Positions 1-10,664 of a stretch of DNA of 64,000 nucleotides are shown in pieces. The stretch is from the human T2T-CHM13v2.0 reference genome, Homo sapiens. Below the pieces are notes generated by a model. That model worked only from the letters and a program-made list of their open reading frames with translations, made no database searches and was not told the origin of the DNA. Location of the stretch: positions 160,001 to 224,000 of the forward strand of contig CP068257.2 of assembly GCA_009914755.4 (NCBI GenBank), given 5' to 3'. Positions within the stretch are counted from its first letter, which is position 1, and each line of letters begins with the position of its first letter. The translations under genes were made by a program, and so were the position numbers.

Positions 1-2992
1 TACGCCCAGATTTCAGCGGGCGTCGGTATCCAACACCCCAGAAACACCTACAAACTCACAGACCTCAGTGAGATCCTCGCCAGTCTCTCTCACGTCTTCA
101 CCCCCAGGCCTTACGGACCCTCCAGTCTCTCCCAGCTACTATCCAACCACGCGCACATTTCAGCGCGGGTCAGATCCAGGAACCCAGGGAGCACCACCAA
201 GCCCACCACTTTCACTGTGTTACTCCCCAGTCTCAAGCACGTCTTTATCTCCAACCCTCAGGGACTCTCCTGTCTGTCCCAGCTATTCTCCAACCACGCC
301 CACGTTTCAGCAGGAGTCCGTTGCAGGCACCCAGCAATCACCAGCAAACTCACCAATTTCACTCAATTACTCTCCAGTCTCTCTCATGTCTTCACCAGCC
401 CTCAGGGACTCTCCCATCTGTCCCAGCTACTCTCCATCCACGCCCAGATTTCAGCTGGAAGCAGTTCCTTGCACCCAGGAATCACCACCAAACTCACCAA
501 TTTCACTCAATTACTCCCCAGTCTCTCTCATGTCTTCACCATCCCTCAGGGACTCTCCCGTCTGTCTCAGCTACTCTCCAACCACGCCCACATTTCAGCT
601 GGAGTACCTTCGAGGCACCCCGGAGTCACCACCAAACTCACCAATTTCACTCAATTACTCTCCAGTCTCTCTCATGTCTTCACCAGCCCTCAGGGACTCT
701 CCCGACTGTCCCAGCTACTCTCCAACAACGCCCAGATTTCAGCTGGAAGCAGTTCCTTGCTCCCCGGAATCAACACCAAACTCACCAATTTCACTCAATT
801 ACTCTCCAGTCTCTCTCATGTCTTCACCAGCCATCAGGGACTCTCCCGTCTGTCCCAGCTACTCTCCAACCACGCCCACATTTCAGCTGGAGTCCGTTCG
901 AGGCACCCCGGAGTCACCACCAAACTCACCAATTTCACTCAATTACACTCCAGTCTCTCTCATGTCTTCACCAGCCGTCAGGGACTCTCCCGTCTGTCCC
1001 AGCTACTCTCCAAAGACGCCCACATTTCAGCTGGAGTCTGTTCCAGGCACCCTGGAGTCACCACCAAACTCACCAATTTCACTCAATTACACTCCAGTCT
1101 CTCTCATGTCTTCACCAGCCCTCAGGGACTCTACTGTCTGTCCCAGCTACTCTCCAACCACGCCCAGATTTCAGCTGGAAGCAGTTCCTTGCACCCCAGA
1201 ATCACCACCAAACTCACCAATTTCACTCAATTACTCTCTAGTCTCTCTCATGTCTTCACCAGCCCTCAGGGACCCTCCTGTCTGTCCCAGCTACTCTCCA
1301 ACCACCCCCAGATTTCAGCTGGAGTCAGTTCCAGGCACCCCGGAGTCACCACCAAACTCACCAGTTTCACTGAGTTACTCCCCGGTCTCTCTCATGTCTT
1401 CACCGCCAGCCCTCAGGGACTCTCCTGTGTGTCCCAGCTACTCTCCAACCACGCCCACATTTCAGCTGGAGTCAGTTCCAGGCACCCCGGAGTCACCACC
1501 AAACTCACCAATTTCACTCAATTACTCTCCAGTCTCTCTCATGTCTTCACCAGCCCTCAGGGACTCTCCTGTCTGTCCCAGCTACTCTCCAACCACGCCC
1601 AGATTTCAGCTGGAAGCAGTTCCTTGCACCCCAGAATCACCTCCAAACTCACCAATTTCACTCAATTACTCTCTAGTCTCTCTCATGTCTTCACCAGTCC
1701 TCAGGGACCCTCCTGTCTGTCCCAGCTACTCTCCAACCACACCCAGATTTCAGTTGGAGTCAGTTCCAGGCACTGCGGAGTCACCACCAAACTCACCAGT
1801 TTCACTGAGTTACTCCCCGTTCTCTCTCATGTCTTCACCGCCAGCCCTCAGGGACTCTCCTGTTTGTCCCCGCTACTCTCCAACCACGCCCACATTCCAG
1901 CTGGAGTCACTTGCAGGCACCCAGGAATTACCTACAAACTCAGCAGTTTCACTGAGTTACTCCCCAGTCTCTCTCATGTCTTCACCCCCAGCCCCCTGGG
2001 ACTCTCCTGTCTGTCCCAGCTCCTCTCCCACCACGCCCAGATTTCAGAGGGAGTCAGCCTCCCACACTCCGGAATCACCTACAGACTCACAGACTTCACG
2101 GAGGTCCTCCCTGGTCTCTCTCAGGTCTTTGCCCTCAGCCCACAGGGACTCTTGTGTCTCTTTCAGCTACTCTCGAAACTTCTCTAGATTCCAGCTGGAC
2201 TCAGTTCCAGGCACCCACGACACACCACCAAACTCACGAATTTCACTGACTTACTCCCCAGTCTCTCTCATGTTCTCACCCCCAGCCCTCAGGGACTCTT
2301 CTGTCTCTCTCAGCTACTCTCCAGCCATCTCCACATCACACCTGGGGTCAGCTTCCCACACCCAGGAATCACCTACAAACTCACGGACCTTACTGCAACC
2401 CTCCCCCATTTCTTTCACCTCTTCACCCCCTGCTTTCAGGGACTCTCCTGTGTCTCCCAGCTTCTCTCCAGCCTTCCCCAGATTTCTGCCACAGTCAGCC
2501 CCAGGCACCCAGGGTTACCCTGGACACTCACAGGCCTCACGAGACTATTTCCCAATGACTTGTATCTATAGAGGGATGGCTCCCATACTTCCCTCAGTGA
2601 CCTCAAACCCATCTCCACTTACACTCAGACACTCCCAGGGCCTGACAGCTACTCCCCGTTATTGTCCTTCAGCTCGAAGCCCTGGCCCATCTACTAGCCA
2701 ACATGATGCAGCTACCTGGCCATGTCTCCACATTTCTGGGGAGGGCCCCACACCCAGCCGCAGAAGAGCCCCTCCTGCATTCCATCCTCACACACAGGCC
2801 TGTCCATCCACTTGCTACTGTCACCCTCTTGCCAGCAGAAGAGGCCCCTGTAATGGCCGATATCACCGCCCAGTCTATCCTCACCCCACAGCTGTGCAGC
2901 GGGACCCTCCTGCTGGCCCACGTGGCTGCCACAGCCCATGCTGGCACGACGCTCCAGCATGTCGGCGTCCCTGCGGGCCACGCTACCGCTGA
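1..2992 (+). CDS. 3' partial copy (unit 0) of the S/P-rich 48-aa-repeat protein gene. Open in frame from window start (codon_start 2) to TGA at 2990-2992. The 5' end lies left of the window.
   Basis: Continuous ORF. Window position 1 aligns to 7297 of the next copy. Same frame and same C-terminal tail (…CRRPCGPRYR*) as the full copies. Confidence 0.6.
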   Translation, partial: TPRFQRASVSNTPETPTNSQTSVRSSPVSLTSSPPGLTDPPVSPSYYPTTRTFQRGSDPGTQGAPPSPPLSLCYSPVSSTSLSPTLRDSPVCPSYSPTTPTFQQESVAGTQQSPANSPISLNYSPVSLMSSPALRDSPICPSYSPSTPRFQLEAVPCTQESPPNSPISLNYSPVSLMSSPSLRDSPVCLSYSPTTPTFQLEYLRGTPESPPNSPISLNYSPVSLMSSPALRDSPDCPSYSPTTPRFQLEAVPCSPESTPNSPISLNYSPVSLMSSPAIRDSPVCPSYSPTTPTFQLESVRGTPESPPNSPISLNYTPVSLMSSPAVRDSPVCPSYSPKTPTFQLESVPGTLESPPNSPISLNYTPVSLMSSPALRDSTVCPSYSPTTPRFQLEAVPCTPESPPNSPISLNYSLVSLMSSPALRDPPVCPSYSPTTPRFQLESVPGTPESPPNSPVSLSYSPVSLMSSPPALRDSPVCPSYSPTTPTFQLESVPGTPESPPNSPISLNYSPVSLMSSPALRDSPVCPSYSPTTPRFQLEAVPCTPESPPNSPISLNYSLVSLMSSPVLRDPPVCPSYSPTTPRFQLESVPGTAESPPNSPVSLSYSPFSLMSSPPALRDSPVCPRYSPTTPTFQLESLAGTQELPTNSAVSLSYSPVSLMSSPPAPWDSPVCPSSSPTTPRFQRESASHTPESPTDSQTSRRSSLVSLRSLPSAHRDSCVSFSYSRNFSRFQLDSVPGTHDTPPNSRISLTYSPVSLMFSPPALRDSSVSLSYSPAISTSHLGSASHTQESPTNSRTLLQPSPISFTSSPPAFRDSPVSPSFSPAFPRFLPQSAPGTQGYPGHSQASRDYFPMTCIYRGMAPILPSVTSNPSPLTLRHSQGLTATPRYCPSARSPGPSTSQHDAATWPCLHISGEGPTPSRRRAPPAFHPHTQACPSTCYCHPLASRRGPCNGRYHRPVYPHPTAVQRDPPAGPRGCHSPCWHDAPACRRPCGPRYR

Positions 2993-3218
2993 CATGGCTA
3001 GCATCACCCTCCTTCCTGGCAGTGACACTGCTGATTTGAACCCCAGTTTCACAGCTGTCATTTGTAAATAGGACCATTTTCCCTTTTCTCTCTCCCTTCC
3101 ATTCACAGGGCTTCTCATTCCCTCTGTTTCTGCCTCCGTTTCAGAGATTTACTCACCTTTTTCTCTCTCACTATGTCTGCCGTGGTCTCCATAAGAGTGT
3201 GCCACATAAAATTGCCCC

Positions 3219-3224
3219 ATTAAA
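3219..3224 (+). terminator. Poly(A) signal ATTAAA, 227 nt after the unit 0 stop codon.
   Basis: ccccATTAAAagtcatg. The hexamer recurs at the same offset after every stop codon. Confidence 0.5.
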
Positions 3225-3590
3225 AGTCATGAATTGAGTGGATTTTAGTATACCTGTGGTTGTGCACATTCAATTTTAATTCGCAATCCATTTTAGAAGG
3301 TTTTATCACCCCCGACCAGAGAAACACCCTGTGGACAATAGTCACTCCTCATTCTGTCTCAAACCCTCTCCCTGACCCTCAGCCCTAGGTAACAACTGCA
3401 TAGAGCGATCAACCCCATATGCATAGATTTCCATATTGTGGACAGTTCCTATAAACGGAATTGCACAATACGTGAGCTTTTGTGACTGACATAACACTTT
3501 TAGCACAATATTTTCAAGATTCATCCACATTGCAGCCTTACCCACAGGGGGAAACCGCATTTTGTGGTTTCAGTAACACCGGGTGTTTTC

Positions 3591-3686
3591 TCCTTCCTTC
3601 CGTCTTTCCTTCCTTCCTTCCTTCCTTCCTTCCTTCCTTCCTTCCTTCCTTCCTCCCTTCCTCCCTTCCTTCCTCCCTTCCTCCCA
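3591..3686 (+). repeat. (TTCC)n/(CTTCC)n polypyrimidine microsatellite, ~370 bp downstream of the poly(A) signal.
   Basis: tccttccttccttcc… runs are visible. Spurious SFLPSFLPSFLP ORFs in the ORF track arise from this tract. Confidence 0.9.
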
Positions 3687-4419
3687 TTTCTCTCTTATTC
3701 CTTCTGCCCTCTCTCTTTCATATGCCTTAGGTGCATCCTACGTCCTGCGTCTTTTTGGGGAATCCTCGACAGGTGCTGGAAAATTGTGTTATTGTAATTA
3801 TTTACCGGTATCTCTCTTTCATGGTTCTCCATCAGTTGTAAGCATCTATTGGTTTATCCCAGGTCACTAAGTATATTTTAATTAGCTACACCTGTTTTTC
3901 TTTATACACCTGTTTCTGGAGTATAGGGTCGCATACTCATAAACCCAGTGTAACTCAGAAACGCATCTAATATTCCAATAGACCCATCATAACGTTGAAA
4001 AATCATAAATCAAACCAACTTAAGTCACGATTTGGCGCTGGATATGGGCTCCATCAATTCCATTGTATTCAATAATGCTGTACACCATTAACAATGGCAG
4101 ACTGATTGGGCGTGGATGTGGATAACATTATAAAAATCAGTTATTAGAGGGATACTTTAACCTGACGGAAGAGCTGATCTAATGGTATTAGTACAGTGAT
4201 GATTATGTGAGATGTTTTGAGACAGAGTAGTACATTTGTGTATGAGATTCTGTGGCTTTTTTCACTTAGTAGGAACCTTTGTGTGTGGAAAACTGAGAAA
4301 ATTGCTTTGTGCTGTAGAGTCTGGCATTCGTTGTAGATTAAAGCTTATTTTTCTGGATGTAAATCTTATTCAATAAAATACTACTCTTTATAATAAAAAA
4401 CAAAGACACTGGTGATGTG

Positions 4420-4700
4420 AAGTCATTATCCTCAGCAAACTAATCCAGGAACAGAAAACCAAACGCCACATTCTCACTTATAATGGGAGCTGAAAAATGG
4501 GATCACGTGGACACAGGAAGGGGAACAACACACACTGGGGCCTTTCGGGAGGCAGAGCGTTAAGAAAAACAGCTACCGCATGCTGGGCTTAATACCTAGG
4601 TGATGGGTTGACAGGTGCAGCAAACCACCGTGGCACACGTTTACCTTAGTAACAAATCTGCACAGCCTGCCCATATATTCCAGAACTTAGAAACGAAACG
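4420..4700 (+). mobile_element. Truncated L1 (LINE-1) 3'-end fragment, + orientation, in the unit 0 spacer. It is followed by an A-rich AAACG-punctuated tail remnant (4700-4760).
   Basis: Recalled from memory, it resembles the primate L1 3' end motifs (tcattatcctcagcaaact…ccaaacaccgcatgttctcact…acacaggaaggggaacatcacacaccggggcc…gggtgcagcaaaccaccatggcacgtgta…ccagaacttaaag). Here the sequence reads gaagtcattatcctcagcaaactaatccaggaacagaaaaccaaacgccacattctcact…gacacaggaaggggaacaacacacactggggcc…gtgcagcaaaccaccgtggcacacgttt…ccagaacttagaaac. Confidence 0.75.
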
Positions 4701-5912
4701 AAAGCAAAGAAAACGAGAAAGCGATAGCAAAACGCTAACGGCGAAACAGAGTTTCAAACTCAGAAAGTGAGAGACCAATGTTTGGTTCAAATCATGGTTC
4801 TCAACCCAGGTGCCATAAGGTCAGGATAAAGAATTTGATGACGTATTGTAAATAAGACATGCAGCGGAGGACCAGAAAAATCGTTCTCAACATACGTGTG
4901 GCTTCGAGTTCAACGGTGACGCTATCTACAGTGACATAGCATTAGATTCCAAAGGGCCGAGTCCCGCAAGACTGGCCTCCCACACTAATAATAATGGGAA
5001 GCGCTACGTTGCTTTCCCTGTGCTTCTCAGCAACTGGCTATAAATCAGGTTTCCACCACTCCCAGTTTTAGTTGCATTCATTTGCTGGAAGAGCTCACAG
5101 CACGCAGGGAAACACTGACATTTCCCATTTTTTGTATTTTAGCAGATATTGCAAAAACTTCAGAAAAAACTTTTGGGCCCGGCATGTGGGGAGGGGCTCA
5201 CTGCCTTCCAGGAAGTGTTATCCAGAAGCTCTCTAAACCCAGTCCTTTTGGGTTTTTATGGAGACCTCATTCTATAGGCATGATGGGTTAAACCATAGGC
5301 TATTGGTGATCAACTCAACCTGGGGCTCTCAACCCTCCCTGGAAATTGGGGTTGAGGCTTTGCCATTCTCAGTCTGAGTAAAAGAATTTACGCAAACGGA
5401 ATTTTAAAACAGATTAGCATATCTGGAAACTTAACTAGATGACGGAATTATCTGGAGCCACACCTTGATATTCCTAACCCGAGCACCCTCATCCAAAGAA
5501 TGCTCCACCCAACTGGCTCCCAAGTCTCTACGGGGTTCCAGAGCAAAAGAATGTTTATACAGCGCATATCTCCACCTTTTCTTCAAAGTCTTTTCGCTTA
5601 CACGGAAAGACTTCTTCAACTGCCATGCATCAGGGTCAGGGGGAGGTCTTGTTACAACACAGATCTGCGGATCTCCGGGGCTTGATTGTGGCAAGGATGC
5701 TGCTGGTGTCAAAACCACAACGTGGGAACCACAGAACCACTAGTTGGTTTTCAGTGTTTCAGTGCATACAATTCCTAATATATCTGGCCAAGAAAACTTG
5801 TAAGTTCTTAGATTGTCCGAAAGGTGGCGCATGAAATCAAATCAGGAGAACAGTTTCCTACGAGGTGTAGCCTGGGAACCTTGGGGGTGACTGATGGAAA
5901 GGAGGAGTGAAG

Positions 5913-5985
5913 CTCCGCCCTTTCCGCTGCGAGGCTGCGCCCGAGGCTATTTAAACCCACCCTGGCTGGCCTGTACTCAGATCTT
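5913..5985 (+). promoter_or_regulatory. Core promoter of unit 1. GC box ctccgccc at 5913-5920 and gcgccc at ~5935. TATTTAAA at 5948-5955. Inr-like tcAgatc with A at 5979.
   Basis: TATA-like box to initiator spacing of 31 bp. A CpG-rich ~200 bp segment spans the predicted TSS. The ATG lies 320 nt downstream. Confidence 0.55.
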
Positions 5986-6164
5986 CGCAGAGCGGAGCAG
6001 CGGCCGGAGCGTTTGGCGGACTCTGCGTGGACTTGGAGCTCACAGCGTCTTGCGACTTGGAAGCGGATTCAGAGGACAGGACAGAACACTTGGGCAAGTG
6101 AATCTCTGTCTGTCTGTCTGTCTCATTGGTTGGTTTATTTCCATTTTCTTAAGGAGCACATACC

Positions 6165-6237
6165 TCACACCACACACACACAAACACACACACACACACG
6201 CACGCACGCACGCACACACACACGCACACACACACAC
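6165..6237 (+). repeat. (CA)n / (CACG)n alternating purine-pyrimidine microsatellite in the predicted 5'UTR (unit 1). A short (TCTG)5 tract precedes it at 6103-6125.
   Basis: cacaccacacacacacaaacacacacacacacacgcacgcacgcacgcacacacacacgcacacacacacac. Confidence 0.9.
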
Positions 6238-6298
6238 TAATTCATTCTGCGGGTTAGGAAATTAGTAGGGGTCTCTGGGAGCTGCAGGTTTCCTAATC

Positions 6299-9200
6299 AT
6301 GTCTGCACCTAAGAACACTAGGGTCTTGTCTGGCTCTTCTTATGAACGGTCCCCCAGCCCGGACTCCCCAAGATCCATGCTAGCCTCACCCAGCTTCTCC
6401 CTCTCCCCTCTCAGAAACTCAGACTTAAGAGGAAGCTCCTCACCAGGGATCCGGAGCTACCATTCACCATCCCCTAGGGCTTCACCACACTCACCTCTGT
6501 CATCACCAGTATCCCACAATCTCCCATTTCCCTGTCCTATCCGTGATGGACAATCCATGAAGCCATTGGGCTCTCCCGTGTCCTCCTCTGAGGATTCTAC
6601 AGAGTCACCACGTTCATCAGTAATATACCACATGTTCCTACTGCCATCACCCAGCAGCTCACCCCCAGCTCTCTGGGAGTCTCCTGGGTCTCCCAGCTAC
6701 TCTCCAAACAACCCCAGATTTCAGCTGGAGTCAGCCCCCCACACCCAGGAATCACCTGCAAACTCACGAGCCTCACGGTGCTCCTCCCCTATGTCTTTCA
6801 TCTCTTCACCCCCAGGCCTCAGGGACTCTCCTGTGGCTCCCAGTTACTCTCAAGCCATCCCCATGTTCCTGCGGGAGTCAGCCCCATGCACTCAGGAGTC
6901 CCCCAGAGACTCACAGGTCTCGGGAGAATATGAGCGCTCCCCCAGCCCTGACTCCTCAAGATTCATGCCTGCCTCACCCAGCATCTACCTCTCCCCTCCC
7001 AGGAACTCAGACCCAAGGGGCAGCTCCTCACAAGGGATGTGGAAGTACTCTACATCATCCCGCAGGGCTTCACCACTCTCACATCCGTCATCGGCAGAAT
7101 TCCACAACTTTACATTTCCCTTTCCTAACCAAGCAGGACAATCACTCATGTCATTGTGTTCTCCCGTGTCCTCCTCTGGAGATTCCTCACAGTCACCCCA
7201 TTCATCAATAATATACCATATGTTCTTACTGCCATCATCCAGCAGCTCACCCCCAGCCACCAATGACTCTCCTGTCTGTCCCAGCTACTCTCCAACTACG
7301 CCCAGATTTCAGCGGGCGTCGGTATCCAACACCCCAGAAACACCTACAAACTCACAGACCTCAGTGAGATCCTCGCCAGTCTCTCTCACGTCTTCACCCC
7401 CAGGCCTTACGGACCCTCCAGTCTCTCCCAGCTACTATCCAACCACGCGCACATTTCAGCGCGGGTCAGATCCAGGAACCCAGGGAGCACCACCAAGCCC
7501 ACCACTTTCACTGTGTTACTCCCCAGTCTCAAGCACGTCTTTATCTCCAACCCTCAGGGACTCTCCTGTCTGTCCCAGCTATTCTCCAACCACGCCCACG
7601 TTTCAGCGGGAGTCCGTTGCAGGCAACCAGCAATCACCAGCAAACTCACCAATTTCACTGCGTTACTCCCCAGTCTCTCTCATGTCTTCACCAGCCCTGA
7701 GGGACTCTCCCGTCTGTCCCAGCTACTCTGCAACCACACCCACATTTCAGCTGGAGTCCGTTCGAGGCTCCCCGGAGTCACCACCAATCTCACCAATTAC
7801 ACTCAATTACTCTCCAGTCTCTCTCATGTCTTCACCAGCCCTCAGGGACTCTCCCGTCTGTCCCAGCTACTCTCCAACAACCCCCAGATTTCAGCTGCAA
7901 GCAGTTCCTTGCTCCCCGGAATCAACACCAAACTCACCAATTTCACTCAATTACTCTCCAGTCTCTCTCATGTCTTCACCAGCCCTCAGAGACTCTCCCA
8001 TCTGTCCCAGCTAGTCTCCAACCACGCCCAGATTTCAGCTGGAAGCAGTTCCTTGCACCCAGGAATCACCGCCAAACTCACCAATTTCACTCAATTACTC
8101 CCCAGTCTCTCTCATGTCTTCACCATCCCTCAGGGACTCTCCCGTCTGTCTCAGCTACTCTCCAACCACGCCCACATTTCAGCTGGAGTACCTTCGAGGC
8201 ACCCCGGAGTCACCACCAAACTCACCAATTTCACTCAATTACTCTCCAGTCTCTCTCATGTCTTCACCAGCCCTCAGGGACTCTCCCGACTGTCCCAGCT
8301 ACTCTCCAACAACGTCCAGATTTCAGCTGGAAGCAGTTCCTTGCTCCCCAGAATCAACACCAAACTCACCAATTTCACTCAATTACTCTCCAGTCTCTCT
8401 CATGTCTTCACCAGCCATCAGGGACTCTCCCTTCTGTCCCAGCTACTCTCCAACCACGCCCACATGTCAGCTGGAGTCCGTTCGAGACACCCCGGAGTCA
8501 CCACCAAACTCACCAATTTCACTCAATTACACTCCAGTCTCTCTCATGTCTTCACCAGCCATCAGGGACTCTCCCGTCTGTCCCAGCTACTCTCCAAAGA
8601 CGCCCACATTTCAGCTGGAGTCTGTTCCAGGCACACTGGAGTCACCACCAAACTCACCAATTTCACTCAATTACTCTCCAGTCTCTCTCATGTCTTCACC
8701 AGCACTCAGGGACCCTCCTGTCTGTCCCAGCTACTCTCCAACCACCCCCAGATTTCAGCTGGCGTCAGTTCCAGGCACCCCGGAGTCACCACCAAACTCA
8801 CCAGTTTCACTGAGTTACTCCCCGGTCTCTCTCATGTCTTCACCGCCAGCCCTCAGGGACTCTCCTGTGTGTCCCAGCTACTCTCCAACCACGCCCACAT
8901 TTCAGCTGGAGTCAGTTCCAGGCACCCCGGAGTCACCACCAAACTCACCAATTTCACTCAATTACTCTCCAGTCTCTCTCATGTCTTCACCAGCCCTCAG
9001 GGACTCTCCTGTCTGTCCCAGCTACTCTCCAACCACGCCCAGATTTCAGCTGGAAGCAGTTCCTTGCACCCCAGAATCACCTCCAAACTCACCAATTTCA
9101 CTCAATTACTCTCTAGTCTCTCTCATGTCTTCACCAGTCCTCAGGGACCCTCCTGTCTGTCCCAGCTACTCTCCAACCACACCCAGATTTCAGTTGGAGT

Positions 9201-10432
9201 CAGTTCCAGGCACCGCGGAGTCACCACCAAACTCACCAGTTTCACTGAGTTACTCCCCGTTCTCTCTCATGTCTTCACCGCCAGCCCTCAGGGACTCTCC
9301 TGTTTGTCCCCGCTACTCTCCAACCACGCCCACATTCCAGCTGGAGTCACTTGCAGGCACCCAGGAATTACCTACAAACTCAGCAGTTTCACTGAGTTAC
9401 TCCCCAGTCTCTCTCATGTCTTCACCCCCAGCCCCCTGGGACTCTCCTGTCTGTCCCAGCTCCTCTCCCACCACGCCCAGATTTCAGAGGGAGTCAGCCT
9501 CCCACACTCCGGAATCACCTACAGACTCACAGACTTCACGGAGGTCCTCCCTGGTCTCTCTCAGGTCTTTGCCCTCAGCCCACAGGGACTCTTGTGTCTC
9601 TTTCAGCTACTCTCGAAACTTCTCTAGATTCCAGCTGGACTCAGTTCCAGGCACCCACGACACACCACCAAACTCACGAATTTCACTGACTTACTCCCCA
9701 GTCTCTCTCATGTTCTCACCCCCAGCCCTCAGGGACTCTTCTGTCTCTCTCAGCTACTCTCCAGCCATCTCCACATCACACCTGGGGTCAGCTTCCCACA
9801 CCCAGGAATCACCTACAAACTCACGGACCTTACTGCAACCCTCCCCCATTTCTTTCACCTCTTCACCCCCTGCTTTCAGGGACTCTCCTGTGTCTCCCAG
9901 CTTCTCTCCAGCCTTCCCCAGATTTCTGCCACAGTCAGCCCCAGGCACCCAGGGTTACCCTGGACACTCACAGGCCTCACGAGACTATTTCCCAATGACT
10001 TGTATCTATAGAGGGATGGCTCCCATACTTCCCTCAGTGACCTCAAACCCATCTCCACTTACACTCAGACACTCCCAGGGCCTGACAGCTACTCCCCGTT
10101 ATTGTCCTTCAGCTCGAAGCCCTGGCCCATCTACTAGCCAACATGATGCAGCTACCTGGCCATGTCTCCACATTTCTGGGGAGGGCCCCACACCCAGCCG
10201 CAGAAGAGCCCCTCCTGCATTCCGTCCTCACACACAGGCCTGTCCATCCACTTGCTACTGTCACCCTCTTGCCAGCAGAAGAGGCCCCTGTAATGGCCGA
10301 TATCACCGCCCAGTCTATCCTCACCCCACAGCTGTGCAGCGGGACCCTCCTGCTGGCCCACGTGGCTGCCACAGCCCATGCTGGCACGACGCTCCAGCAT
10401 GTCGGCGTCCCTGCGGGCCACGCTACCGCTGA
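6299..10432 (+). pseudogene. Unit 1 gene copy, full length ATG to TGA but interrupted by one in-frame TAG at 8012-8014 (consensus gct-act becomes gct-agt). It is otherwise open in the same frame, and has ~2 extra 144-bp repeats.
   Basis: ORF track: 6299..8014 (571 aa), then 8114..10432 (772 aa) in the same frame (both ≡2 mod 3). The sequence shows cccagctagtctcc where other copies have cccagctactctcc. Confidence 0.6.
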
Positions 10433-10658
10433 CATGGCTAGCATCACCCTCCTTCCTGGCAGTGACACTGCTGATTTGAACCCCAGTTTCACAGCTGTCA
10501 TTTGTAAATAGGACCATTTTCCCTTTTCTCTCTCCCTTCCATTCACAGGGCTTCTCATTCCCTCTGTTTCTGCCTCCGTTTCAGAGATTTACTCACCTTT
10601 TTCTCTCTCACTATGTCTGCCGTGGTCTCCATAAGAGTGTGCCACATAAAATTGCCCC

Positions 10659-10664
10659 ATTAAA
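10659..10664 (+). terminator. Poly(A) signal ATTAAA (unit 1).
   Basis: Same hexamer, stop+227. Confidence 0.5.

Noticed and set aside
2669-3118. Minus-strand ORFs of 60-149 aa (e.g. MRSPVNGREREKGK…, MPGADCGRNLGKAGEK…) antisense to the C-terminal coding region and 3'UTR, repeated in every unit.
   Set aside because: They are short, have no promoter or poly(A) context on the minus strand and are present merely because the unit is repeated. They are most parsimoniously random antisense ORFs.
3482-3870. ORFs encoding SFLPSFLPSFLP… and FLPPFLPPFLP… peptides (77-126 aa) in each unit.
   Set aside because: They are translations of the (TTCC)n microsatellite in different frames and are not genes.
4760-4800. 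A tRNA-like or snRNA-like element in the A-rich region aaacgaaacgaaagc…gtttcaaactcagaaagtgagag.
   Set aside because: There is no cloverleaf-compatible pairing and no A or B box. It is best explained as the degraded poly(A) tail and target-site region of the L1 fragment.
5318-5351. 8-9 bp inverted repeat ctcaaccc…gggttgag (gctctcaaccctccctggaaattggggttgaggc) in the spacer.
   Set aside because: The stem is short with a 13-nt loop. Such hairpins occur by chance at this scale and there is no flanking signal such as TSDs or TIR pairs to suggest a DNA transposon end.
6013-6240. ORFs reading HTHTHTRTHARTH… on the plus strand or CVCACVCACV… on the minus strand over the 5'UTR.
   Set aside because: They are translations of the (CA)n/(CACG)n microsatellite.
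6090-6298. Possible small intron in the 5'UTR (caa|gtgaat donor-like at ~6093, ctgcag| acceptor-like at ~6278) that would remove the CA tract.
   Set aside because: Both sites are weak matches. There is no polypyrimidine tract or branch point I can support, and the ORF plus promoter and poly(A) geometry is fully consistent with an unspliced gene. I leave it as unspliced pending RNA data.
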